Shown piece after piece: positions 26,520 to 37,879 of a stretch of DNA of 64,000 nt. The notes under the pieces are model-generated. The model was not told where the DNA came from and ran no database searches. It worked only from the letters and a program-made list of their open reading frames with translations. The stretch's first letter is position 1; each line of letters opens with the position of its first letter. A program made the position numbers and the translations under genes. This DNA is from Chiloscyllium plagiosum (Eukaryota), in NCBI RefSeq assembly GCF_004010195.1, contig NC_057720.1:27341899-27405898 (forward strand). Direction: 5' to 3'.

Positions 26520-27790
26520 TTCGGCTTTATGAATTTTCTCATCTTGTAGAAAATAGTCCATGCCTGTATTCTTTTTTCCAAAGTGCAAGACCTCACATTT
26601 GCTCAGTTATCCTTCCTTTTTGCTGCATTCCTAGTCTGCCTCAAGCTTAAACCCACCTGCACACATGCTATCCTGCTGCTTGTCTTTCCATTTAACTCCA
26701 TACTCCCTGTTGTTTTCGCTTTCCCTTCTCCCCGACTCAGAAGTTTAAAGTCCTACTGACTGCCCTGTTCATTCTTTTTGCTGAAACACTGGTTCCAGAT
26801 GGGTTTAGGTGGAGACTGTCCCAATGGTACAGATTCCCCCGGGTGCCAAAGGTGATGCCAATGCCACATGAAATGTAATACCTCTTTCCCATATCAATCC
26901 ATTAGCCATGTATTTACTTCCCTAATTTTCTTATCCCTATACCAATTGGCACATGGCTCGGGCAGTAATCTGAGGAGCTGTACTTCAGATTCCTTCCTAG
27001 TGCTTGATAAGCCCCAAACAGGTCCTTCTTCCTAGCCTTGCCAATGTTGTTAGTCCCAATGTGGACCACACCAACTGGATCCTCCCCCTCCTGCTCCAAT
27101 ATCCTTTCAAGCTGGTCGGTGATGTCCTGCACCTTGGCACCCTGTCCCGTTCCAGCTTGCAAATGATACTATCTGTCCCCTTAATTATAGAATCCCCCAT
27201 AACAACTACTTGTCTTTTTGTTTCCCCCTCTTTTTGAATGGCCATTTGCACCATGGTGTTGTTGTTAGCTGGTTCATTCTGTCCACAGCCCTTTCCATCA
27301 TCGTACAGGGAGTCTCATACCTGTTGGACAAGGTCAAGGGCTGAGGCTCCTGCACTTCTGAACTCAGAATCCCCTACCTGCCTCACTTACAGTCACACCC
27401 TGCTGTCCCTGAACACTTACTGAATTTGAATTACTTAATCTCCTGGATGTGACTGCCTCCTGAAACAAAGTGTCCAGGTAACTCTCCCCCTCCCGGATGT
27501 GCCATATTGTCTGAAGCTCAGATTCCAGATCATCAATTCTGATCCTGAGTTCTTCCAGCAACCAACACTTTCTGCAGATGTGGTCACTGCCACTCACAAT
27601 GGGATCAGGCAGCTCCCACATCATACAGTTACAGCACATCACCTGTCCAGCCATAGCTATTTTTTTAATTATGTGTATTTATGTATTAAATAATTTCTAG
27701 TACTTTTCTGCTACGATCTTATTCAATTAACCAATTTAAACTTTTAATCAATCACACGATACACAATAAGTATAAATTGAAAAGCCTTAC
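26520..27790 (-). mobile_element. CR1 5' region with ORF1 (Zn finger, zipper, SGNH esterase)
   Basis: CCNCMMWE..CRKCWL; VVMGDSII; VHIGTNN. Confidence 0.9.
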
Positions 27791-27829
27791 CTTAACAACA
27801 CACGAGAGTCCTTCTTGATTAGAGTTACT

Positions 27830-29150
27830 CCTCGCTGCCAAGAGATCTGAATAGTCTGGTCATAGAAACATTGGCATCACTACTAGGAAAACCAGGACCA
27901 CAAACACCATAAAGCATCAACTTAATCAGCAAAGACAACATCCTCAAGCTAGTGGACTTGTGACTCACCACCCACTTCACATTCAATAACAAAACCTCCA
28001 AACAAGGCAATGGAACACCTGTGGGATCACCAATATCAGGGCTCATAGCGGAAGCAGGTTTGCAGAGACTTGAACAAGCTGCCCTCCCATCTATCCAACC
28101 CAAGCTTTGGATTCGCTACGTCGATGACACTTTTGTCATCACAAAACAGAACAAATTAGAGGAAACATACAACACCATCAACAATATCCTGACAGGCATA
28201 AAATTCACAAAAGAGGAGGAGAAAGACAACATTCCTAGATGTGACAGTTGAACGTACAGTTAACAGAGAGCTTCAAACCAGCGTCTACAGAAAAACAACA
28301 CAAACGGACCAAATACTTAACTTCAGAAGCAATCATCCCAACACCCACAAACGGAGCTCCATCAAGACATTATTTCGACGAGCTACATCACACTGCAGTA
28401 CCCAAAGAACTACAAAAAGCAGAAGAAAAATATCTATACAGCATTTCAAGAAAAACGAATACCCAATAAACACAGTCGCCGATTCCTCAGAAACAAGGCC
28501 AAACATGCAGACCCAACGCAACCAAAAACTAAAGCCATATTATCTTACATCAAAGACATATCAGAAATGACTTTCAGACTTCTCAGACCCCTTGAAATCA
28601 AGGTCGCCCACAAACCTACCAACACACTTAAACAGCGACTAATGAACCTAAAGGATCCATTAGATACCAGCAGCAAAACTAACATCATTTACAAGATACC
28701 TTGCAGGATTTGTAAAAAAACACTACATCAGACAAACTGGCAGGAAACTTGCCACCAGGAAACATGTACACCAGCTGGCCACCAAAAGACATGGCCCACT
28801 ATCACGAGTTTCTATACATACAGACAAAGAAGGACACCACTTTGACTGGGACAACACACACATCCTAGGACAGGCGAAACAAAGACACACACAAGAGTTT
28901 TTAGAGGCATAGCATTCTAATCAGAACTCCATCAATAAACACATCGATTTAGACCGTACCTACCTTCCCTTGAAAAAAAAAAGAACCGGAGATGACATCA
29001 CCCATCTTAATAAACCAAGATCTATAAATAGAGAGGCCAGCCATACCACCAGCGCTTCACCAGAGACTCTCATTGATGATGTTACCTAGTATGGTGACGA
29101 AATGTCTGAAAATAAACCTTGAAGCTCAGTGAGCTAACTTACATACTTGT
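27830..29150 (+). mobile_element. Penelope-like element RT + GIY-YIG fragment with degenerate hammerhead
   Basis: GSPISG, WIRYVDDTF, SVYRKTT, NIIYKIPC; UUGAUGA-guuacc..ggugac-GAAA at ~29073-29106. Confidence 0.9.
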
Positions 29151-30406
29151 AATATAGTTCTGCAATTTGGAAGTGTTTTGTTGACAGACTTGTATTTTCC
29201 TAATGTTTTCCTCACAAATTGCTTTACTTCCTCCAGAATAGGAAATCATTTGGTTTCTGAGTTGTTGAAATATTAGGAGATGCTGTCAAATCAGAGAAAT
29301 CAAAAGAAAACTTTTGAAATTTATTAAAGTTGCTTCTTCATTATCTTTTAGTAATTGAAGTGCTCAATCTGGTAGATCAGTTGGAAATGGCTGATAAGGA
29401 AAAACAAATGTGGGTCAGGAAAAAAGTGAATTGCATTTCCAAGTTTAGAAAATTGGAAATTGAAAGATAGGAATATGATTGATGACCTGAGATGGTAACC
29501 AATGAATGAATGACTTATTTTTGTTTGAGTAGCAAGTCCTTCACTTCAGTGTTTATTTTATGCTTCATGGATCTGGAACATGTCCAGAATTTACCAAACA
29601 TCATTTCTAAAAGTGGATGAACCTACCAAGTTTTTAACACATGGATGTATATTTCCATCACCATGATTTCAGATGAAAACTCAGTGCTGCAAAATTTGCA
29701 TTTTAACGAGTTGAGATTTATGTTGAATGAACTATACCAACTAAAGTCTAGTTTCCACATTAGTTTGACACTTGGGTTCAAAATATCATAAATTAGTATT
29801 TTGTAATAACTACTACAATTCAGAGAGATTATTGAGCAAGAAGGATGTGTTATAATTCCTGAAGATCTTGGCTTTGGCCTGTAAATTACCACAATTGAAA
29901 GGAAATACTCTTGGCTATTTGATAATCAGTAATGAGAATTAAATTTGAATAAACCTATAATATTTTTACATACAGGTATGAATATTTGAGGATCAACAAC
30001 TGGGAGGATTGGTATCTGGACTTGAGTTACAGGACTACAGCCACCCTGGAATATGGTACTTCAGTGCTGGAAAGTGCTACCATTCATGGTGATCCTGAGC
30101 TATCTGGCAAAATACATCCAAGCAGATTGTGAGTATAGTCATTAAAAGGCCAATCCTATTTTTCATCTTTAAACTGTCTTGGTATGTGTGAATTTGTTTG
30201 AATGTGGAGGATTGATAAATATGAATAAAAGTTGAAATTAATGAACCTGGAAGGAACATGAATGATGTTGAGGTGCTGGTGTTGGACTGGATTGAACAGA
30301 GTCAAAAATCACACATCACCAGGTTATAGTCCAACGGATTTAATATACCCTTTAGATTATAACCCATATCCAGTATAATATACCCTTTGGACTATATTGG
30401 TATTGG

Positions 30407-30942
30407 TGAGAATGTGTATAAGCAGGCAGGGAAAGAATTAAATTCTAAGGTTTGTGAAATGAGGCTCAGCTGAGCATGACTCAGGTCAGATAGGAACTTG
30501 CCGTTAACAATGGGGTGCTGGAAGCAAGAGTAATGGGTTAACAGGGTGAAAAAGCATTCATTATGTAGAGCCATTTAACAAATGAGGTAGCATTCAGTAT
30601 GTGAGGTCATCTTAACAATATGAAAAGTATGCATTATGTAAAGTCACTTATTCATTGTGTAACAGTTGATGGCTTAATCTTTACTGTTGATACTCGTTGA
30701 TTGTAACGGTCACTCAATTAATATGTATGTTGCCTTATCTGGATGCTCCTCCCTTAAAATGACTATATATATAATTCATTGAGAAACTACTGTTCCAGAG
30801 AAGACCGTGAACTCATGTCCTTTTGCACATGGGCAATCATTCTCTCTCCCTTCAGGGCTCAGAATAAAGATAAAAGAGGTGAAACTACTCTGTGTCTTTC
30901 AGCGTTTTGCTTTGACTGAGAGTGATGGGAAACGAAATGACA
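30407..30942 (+). mobile_element. Solo LTR (family A), 536 bp, inside PA EVE
   Basis: TG...CA; TSD ttgg/tcgg (CpG change); homologous to 18811-19349. Confidence 0.9.
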
Positions 30943-31280
30943 TCGGGGTACAGAATGGCAGATGTTAACTGCAATTTGTATAGTGGATTTTCAGATTACA
31001 GTGGTACAAATTGAACAACATTCCAAACTAACAAAGTATAAACAAAGCAGGGAAGTTTAAATAATTCTCATCTGAGTGAGTATTTTTTCTGTTTTATAAA
31101 TTTCATATGATATCAAGTATAGTTGTCGATTTATAAAACTAAATACCCACAAACTCTGAAATAATCCAAAAGGTTTGCATTAAATATTTTACTGTCTTCT
31201 TCAAACAAAGAGAGATGTTCAAAATTTGCTGTGAGAGTTTTTAAGATCCATTTACTTTTCGCCAATCTATCTTTGAGGTT

Positions 31281-31480
31281 TAGAACATAGAACATAGAAG
31301 AATACAGCGCAGTACAGGCCCTTGGGCCCTCGATGTTGCGCCGATCCAAGCCCACCTAAACTACACTAACCCACTATCCTCCATATACCTATCCAATGCC
31401 CTCTTAAATGCCCATAAAGAGGGAGAGTCCACCACTGTTACTGGCAGGGCATTCCATGAACTAACGACTCGCTGAGTGAA
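31281..31480 (-). mobile_element. CR1 3' end
   Basis: (tagaaca)n tail and 3' UTR. Confidence 0.85.
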
Positions 31481-32173
31481 ATCAGATTTGTGTATTTAAC
31501 TACTAAATTATTGTGGACAAGATTTTTCAGGTGTTCACTTGATGGGAACTGGGAACAGCAAGAAAAATGTTAAGCAAGATCAACTCTTATATTAGTGACA
31601 GATTATAGCATTTATTAATGACAGCCTCTTTCCAATGGCCTGTCTAATCTGATTGTGTTACTTTAAAAAAAGAAATTGGCCAAACTAATGTATAAATGCA
31701 AAGCACAAATTTCATATGTACCTTTCTTAATGCTGGTCAGGTAGGGACATCTCAAGGTTTTTGATAGATTGATATTTTATCCAGATTGAGCTATTAATCC
31801 TCAGTGGAAAGGCATTCATATGACCTAAATTAGGAAATGCTTTATTTTGTCATTTTATACATCTTATTAAAATTTAGTTTTCTTTTTTCTTTCTGGAATA
31901 TGTTCACCTTGTGAATATGTAAATCTTTGTGTGTAACCTATGAAGGGTGGTGGTGGTATGTCAAAAAGAAGAAAAAGTGTTAACATTCTGGTACTGAATT
32001 GTAGTGATTTTAACTTGTTTTTCAATTCCCTTTTTAATTACAACTAACAGTGAGTAAATTTTCATGAATCCAATTATTGAGCTGTACCATATTTGGTCTT
32101 AGATTAGCTTTCAGTTAAATTCTTGGGAATTTAAAGTGATCTGTTAATTTATTTACGAAGGAGTTGTAGTGAT

Positions 32174-32439
32174 TGTCATGAGATCAGCCAGGTGACATGA
32201 TATAAAATGAGTTCCTTGATTGGAGCTGTTATCCAGTCCAATCAGGGAGCCCTGGCTGATAGATATAAGTAGGAGTATTAGAGGTTCTCTAAGGGATGGC
32301 TCTGTGAGAACTGGGTCAGTGTCAAGGACTGTGCCAGCATCTGTGGCTGATGATGTCATCATCTTTTGAAACCACATCCAAACCTCTGAGGTCACCAGCA
32401 TCACAGTTCAACCAATTTGACCTCTGTGGAGTTAGTACA
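32174..32439 (+). mobile_element. Probable short solo LTR
   Basis: TG...CA, opposed attgg/ccaat boxes, gatataa; PB1 reading resumes after it. Confidence 0.55.
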
Positions 32440-33069
32440 GGAGCTAGAAGTAGTTCTAAATGTTTGTAGCTTCCAATTGGAGTAATCACATATTTCATAT
32501 CAGAAAGGCTATTCAGAGCAACTGAACTAGAAAGAAAGGAGCCAGCGCCTTCTACTTCTCATCCTTCTACTCATCATACAAGTATTAAAACCAAGTTAGA
32601 GGATTCAGTTTGGGTCTTGTTTTATATAAATGTAAATTTTATAGTGCCATGAATGAGCGGGCTGGGCAGATTAGATAGGTCGAAGGTGTTTATGCTTGTA
32701 AAAGAAACTAGAACATTTGCATAGGGCACAGATTTAAAGTGAAATGCAAAGAAAGCTTAAGCTTTTTCACACAGTGGGTTGTTAGGGAATATGCTGCTTG
32801 GAAATGTACCAGAGGCAGGTTCCATTGAGACATTCAAGAGGGCATTGGATGGTTTTCTGCATAGAAATGGTGAGCAGAGATATGGGACTTGAATAGGCAC
32901 TTCAAAATAGACCTGGCCTAGGAAAAATGCCAGTACAGGTGTGATGGGCTCAATAATCTCCCAGTGCACTAATAATTCTGTGATTCTGAGAATGAAAGCC
33001 AGATTTAGAATTGAATTTGTGATACTGGAAATTGTGGAAACAATTTTTAATTAAAGTAATTTGGATTCT

Positions 33070-34420
33070 GGGTAATCCAAGATGGAGGACAGGAAAGCTT
33101 TCTGGCTCTAACAGCTGCTCCTTTTTTGAGGTATTTTAGGTGCTGGAGGTGATTTCCTCGAATTCCAGGAGCAGCAATTACTGTTTTATATACTGTTGCA
33201 TTGTTTTGGAACTTTGGAAAAAAAAAGTCAAAACAACAGCAGTTTTAAAAGGGAAAAGAACAAACAAAGGAGGCACATGGTGAGCTTAGTGCAAGAGAGA
33301 GAGAGAGAAAGAAACTGACACCACAGTGTACCTGCACAGTTACTGCCTTTGCTGTTTGAATTCATGTATCGCTAGGCATCAGAGTGCACCTTGGAAAATT
33401 AACAAACAGTGAAATTCTCAACTGATCTTGGAGGAACTGTTTGGGTGAAGTAGACAGCACAGAATCAGATAAGTGAATTGTTTTAAGTGTCGCCTACAGA
33501 ACGTCTGCAGTAGTGAGTAGAGTGGGTTGTTTCTCGATTATATGTTTTTTGAGATATGTTTCTTGATTAAACTTAAAATATAAGCCACAACTATTAATTT
33601 AACCTGGGACAGTGTTTTGTAAAGGAATAAGACGGTGTTATTTGCTGTAGATTGTGAAGGGGAAAAAATGGCCTTTAGTAGAGTGATATGTGCTTCTTGT
33701 CAGATGTGGGAGTTGAAAGAGAGTTTAAGGGTTACTGCGGATTATATCTGCAATAAATGCTGTTGGTTGCAAATCTTATCAGATCGAATGGATTGGTTGG
33801 AGAGAGTTAGAAGCAATGAGGAATTTGCAATAGCAACAGTATGTGATGGATGGCAGTTATGCGCTGGGGGGAAAGTCTCAGATACAGTCACATAGATGGG
33901 TTAACTCCAGGAAGGGTAAAAGAGGTAGGTAGCTAGAGCAGGAGTCTTCTGTGGCTATATCCATTTCAAACAAGTATGCTGTTTTGGAAAATGTAGGGGG
34001 TGATGGATTCTATGGGAACATAGCACGAACAGCCAAGTTTCTGGTATTGAGACTGGCTCTAATGCAATGAGGGTACGTCGGGTTCCAAGAGATCCATTTT
34101 GTTCGGGGATTCTCTAGTCCGTGGTACAGACAGATATTTCTGTGGTCAGCAGCGAAAAATCAGAATGGTGTGTTGCTTCCCTGGTGCCAGGATCAAGGAT
34201 GTCTCAGTGAGGGTGCAGAATGTTCCCAAGGGGGAGAGGGCCAAGCAAGAGATCATTGTCCACATTGGAATCAATGACATAGGAAGAGGAAAGGTTGAGA
34301 TTCTGAAGGGAGATTACAGAGAGTTAGGCAGGAATTTAAAAAGGTCCACGAGAGTAATAATTTTTGGATTACTCCCGGTGCTACGAGCTAGTGAGGGCTG
34401 TATATCTCTATGACTCTAAA
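33070..34420 (+). mobile_element. CR1 5' UTR + ORF1 fused directly to 3' tail
   Basis: CASCQMWE..CNKC; FGDSLVRG; HIGIND; then ctgtatatctctatgactc at ~34398. Confidence 0.85.
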
Positions 34421-35979
34421 TCCTGGTAGTACTCATGTTTCCTGTTGCTACAAACTTTACCTTTACTTATCCAGATTGATTATGGAGGAACAGTAAAATT
34501 AACATTACTTTAGGCATAACATTCATTGTTAGATATTGTTGAAGGTTTCAATTCAGGTTTACTTAGTGGGTTTGATAGTCGTGTGCAGTATTTAGTCTTA
34601 TGGATAACGAAGTGGGTTGCAATCCTGTGAAATGAACAACCCTGGTGTTTACTATGTGAAAATCTGGCTGGATATTTCCAGTTCCAAATTTAGGAACTTT
34701 ATTACGACGTTGAATTATTCTTAATTATGTTTGGATTATTTTAGCATCTATGCATTGAAACGCTTGTGTTTCAATGCATCAGTCCCAATCCCAAATTATA
34801 GGAAAAGTATTCTGAATATACTGCACCAATTTGGCATATAGATGTTTGAAGATGTTATTACACATCTCTGGGGCAGATCGGCCATGAATCTAGCCTCCAG
34901 GCTCAGAGATAGGAATACTACCACTGCTCCAGAAGAGCCCCAAAATGCTCATGAGTATATTCTGACCTCTCTTATATGTCACTAAAAGTTCATGTTCATG
35001 AAGTACAGAATGTAACACCCCCAACTTTTAAATAATCATATTGCCATCAGATGAGATAGCGTTTCTTTGAAAAACAGACCATCATGCAGAGTCTGTTTTG
35101 AACCCAGTTTCAAATTTATACTGCAACTTCAGCATTTGTAAAGGTTTTATATAATTTAAAGCAATTTGTCCAAGGCAGTTACTGTTTGGAATTAACCTGC
35201 TTCCATATTATTTTGAAGAGTTTGATTTCCTTTGAAAGTATGAACTGTTAGCCAAGCTGTTTAAAGTTGGAAAAAGATGACAACATGTATAAAGAACTTT
35301 ATATAAAGGAAAGATTTTCTGAAATCAATGAAGTAATTTATAAGAAACTCTCCCATTTTAAATTTTATTTCTAACCCACATATTTAAGGGATATATTTAC
35401 GAAAATGAAATGTTGCCAGCACTGGCTTAATCTGTGATTCAGTTAAAAAACATACACCATTCAATGGGTATTGAGTTAGAAAGATAGAGGCTTGTAGCTC
35501 TGAATTTCTTCTTTTGGATCTAAAGAAATGGAAACTTAAACTGGCCCAGAATATGAAAATATTGCAACACTATAATGTCATAAAGCAATCAACTATCAAC
35601 CTGTATATCATGAAAATACAGGCTGTGTTGAAGTGGCTTTGTAACTGAGAGAGAACAGGCGCTTCCAGCTTTGATTTATAACTTTAGTCTAACAGCAAAA
35701 AGCAAATGTATTGTTTAATTATTCATGACAGCTCTATTAATGCAGGAAATTAAGACATCAGGAGCAACTTAAATGGTGAACAGGAGACCCAATAAAAAGA
35801 TGATACAGGACACCTGAAAGTGCTACACTAAAATGGACTGAATGTGTTCACATAAATATTTTACAGCTTAAGAAAATGCATGTAAAGTTATGACTTAAAT
35901 GTAACAATGCAGCAATATCTTGTCAAAGACAATATTCTGATCTAATGAAGGTATCAGTTGAAGTTAACAGACCTGCGAT

Positions 35980-37200
35980 GACTGTATCGGCGCCGCCTCG
36001 TGCTCCCACGAGGAGGTTGAACAGTTTATCCACTTCACAACACCTTCCACCCCGACCTCAAATTCACCTGGACAGTCTCAGATTCCTCCCTCCCCTTCCT
36101 CGACCTTTCTATTTCTATCTCAGGCGACCGAATCAACACGGACATCTACTACAAACCGACCGACTCCCACAGCTACTTGGACTACACCTCCTCCCATCCT
36201 GCCCCCTGTAAAAACGCCATCCCATTCTCCCAATTCCTTCGACTCCGCCGCATCTGCTCCCAGGAGGACCAGTTCAAAATACGTACAACACAGATGGCCT
36301 CCTTCTCCAAGGACCGCAATTTCCCCCCCGACATGGTCGACGATACTCTCCACCGCATCTCTTCCACTTCCCGATCCTCCGCCCTTGAACCCCGCCCCTC
36401 CAACCGCCACCAGGACAAAACCCCACTGGTCCTCACCTACCACCCCACCAATCTCCATGTACAGCGCATCATCCGCCATCANNNNNNNNNNNNNNNNNNN
36501 NNNNNNNNNNNNNNNNNNNNNNNNNNNNNNNNNNNNNNNNNNNNNNNNNNNNNNNNNNNNNNNNNNNNNNNNNNNNNNNNNNNNNNNNNNNNNNNNNNNN
36601 NNNNNNNNNNNNNNNNNNNNNNNNNNNNNNNNNNNNNNNNNNNNNNNNNNNNNNNNNNNNNNNNNNNNNNNNNNNNNNNNNNNNNNNNNNNNNNNNNNNN
36701 NNNNNNNNNNNNNNNNNNNNNNNNNNNNNNNNNNNNNNNNNNNNNNNNNNNNNNNNNNNNNNNNNNNNNNNNNNNNNNNNNNNNNNNNNNNNNNNNNNNN
36801 NNNNNNNNNNNNNNNNNNNNNNNNNNNNNNNNNNNNNNNNNNNNNNNNNNNNNNNNNNNNNNNNNNNNNNNNNNNNNNNNNNNNNNNNNNNNNNNNNNNN
36901 NNNNNNNNNNNAACAGGAGAATCGACGTTTCGGGCATTAGCCCTTCTTCAGGAATGAGGAAAGTTTGTCCAGCAGGCTAAGATAAAAGATAGGGAGGAGG
37001 GACAGGGATAGGACCCCAAGTCCCTCCTCCCTATCTTTTATCTTAGCCTGCTGGACCAACTTTCCTCATTCCTGAAGAAGGGCTAATGCCCGAAACGTCG
37101 ATTCTCCTGTTCCCTCGATGCTGCCTGACCTGCTGCGCTTTTCCAGCAACACATTTCCATCTCTGATCTCCAGCATCTGCAGACCTCACTTTCTCCTCAA
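35980..37200 (+). mobile_element. Young Penelope-like insertion spanning a gap, with inverted termini and two hammerheads
   Basis: DDCIG..LPFLD..YKPTDSHSYLDYTSSHP; TSD agacctgcgat at 35969 and 37201; inverted arms ~36911-37003/37020-37111. Confidence 0.9.
36482..36910. other. Assembly gap
   Basis: Run of N. Confidence 1.
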
Positions 37201-37879
37201 AGACCTGCGATTATAACCAGCTTCAATTTCACAATTGTTTTCTGGTGCTGCACCACTCTCTTGAGTGAATTTAGTAAGTTAGTGTTGATGGACTATCATA
37301 AGCAGTTTGTACACATGAATGTATTTTTAACAGAGGGAACAGCTCTTATACTTTAAGAATAAATCTTTATCACCTAATTTGGGCACTGGCCCCCTTACCA
37401 CCCCTCACCCATCAGTTGATTCAACAGTTTGTGATGATGTGTGTGTGTAGTGAAGACTCAAGACACAGCGAATGGAATTTTCCCCTCCCTAATGTGGCAT
37501 GGACAGTGGAACGACAGATGGGGAAAATATGTGAGAATTAATAAATCAGAGTCTCACATAGAGTAAATATTTCCATTGTTCCCTTAGCTTTAAATGATGA
37601 CTTAGAATCTTGCTAATATATCTGCACATGTCACTAATAGCCTAACAAACCTTATTTAATTGCCATTTCCAATTCTCCCCTTCCCTAGAAAAAACTCAGT
37701 GGTGCACATTCAGAGCTTGTAAGCCAGAGTGAGTATCTGGCAGCTGCAGCTAGCCAGTTACTAGTCCTGGTCATCACCTAACTGTGTCTTCAGCACACAC
37801 TGTCCTTGCATGTCCTCTTGGCACCTTGCTTTTTGATCCTTCATCCATGTAAGTTGGCAGTGGCAAGCCACCTCAAATA

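Larger units (their letters stand above)
29230..31650 (+). pseudogene. PA: Influenza-like PA EVE (aa ~1-515), split by PLE, LTR and CR1
   Basis: RKSFGF*VVEILGDAVK (29240-29290) ~ RQCFNPMIVELAEKAMK; VNCISKFRKLE ~ VNSICNTTGVE; DENS ~ DEES; GIWYFSAGKC (30048) ~ GIPLYDAIKC; LGYRMA across the LTR ~ LGENMA; EIIQKVCIKYFT ~ EHIASMRRNYFT. Confidence 0.85.
31700..34780 (+). pseudogene. PB1: Influenza-like PB1 EVE (~aa 220-610), split by an LTR and CR1s
   Basis: GGMSKRRKSVNIL (31952) ~ GGNEKKAKLANVV; VL-x15-KGY (32453-32512) with exact spacing; NSKINITLGITFI (34489) ~ NESADMSIGVTVI; FQI*ELY ~ FEIKKLW. Confidence 0.75.
34790..37330 (+). pseudogene. PA: Influenza-like PA EVE (~aa 25/85-480), split by a SINE and a PLE
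   Basis: VTPPTF-x10-RFFE (35012-35071) ~ VEKPKF-x10-RFIE; IKERF ~ IEERF; FKGYI ~ FRAYV; SEFLLLD (35499) ~ SKFLLMD; QLKW*TGD (35765) ~ QLKWALGE / flu B KWATGD. Confidence 0.85.

Noticed and set aside
29976..30128. 153-nt cag/gtgagt-bounded candidate host exon
   Set aside because: Another frame gives DYSHPGIWYFSAGKC, collinear with the surrounding PA relic
18811..30942. Full-length LTR element between two LTRs
   Set aside because: Each LTR has its own TSD and no gag/pol lies between
31131..31280. Minus-strand ORF KWILKTL as PB2
   Set aside because: The plus strand continues PA with exact spacing
36177..36980. Long ORFs here and at 61498-62461
   Set aside because: Artefacts of N gaps
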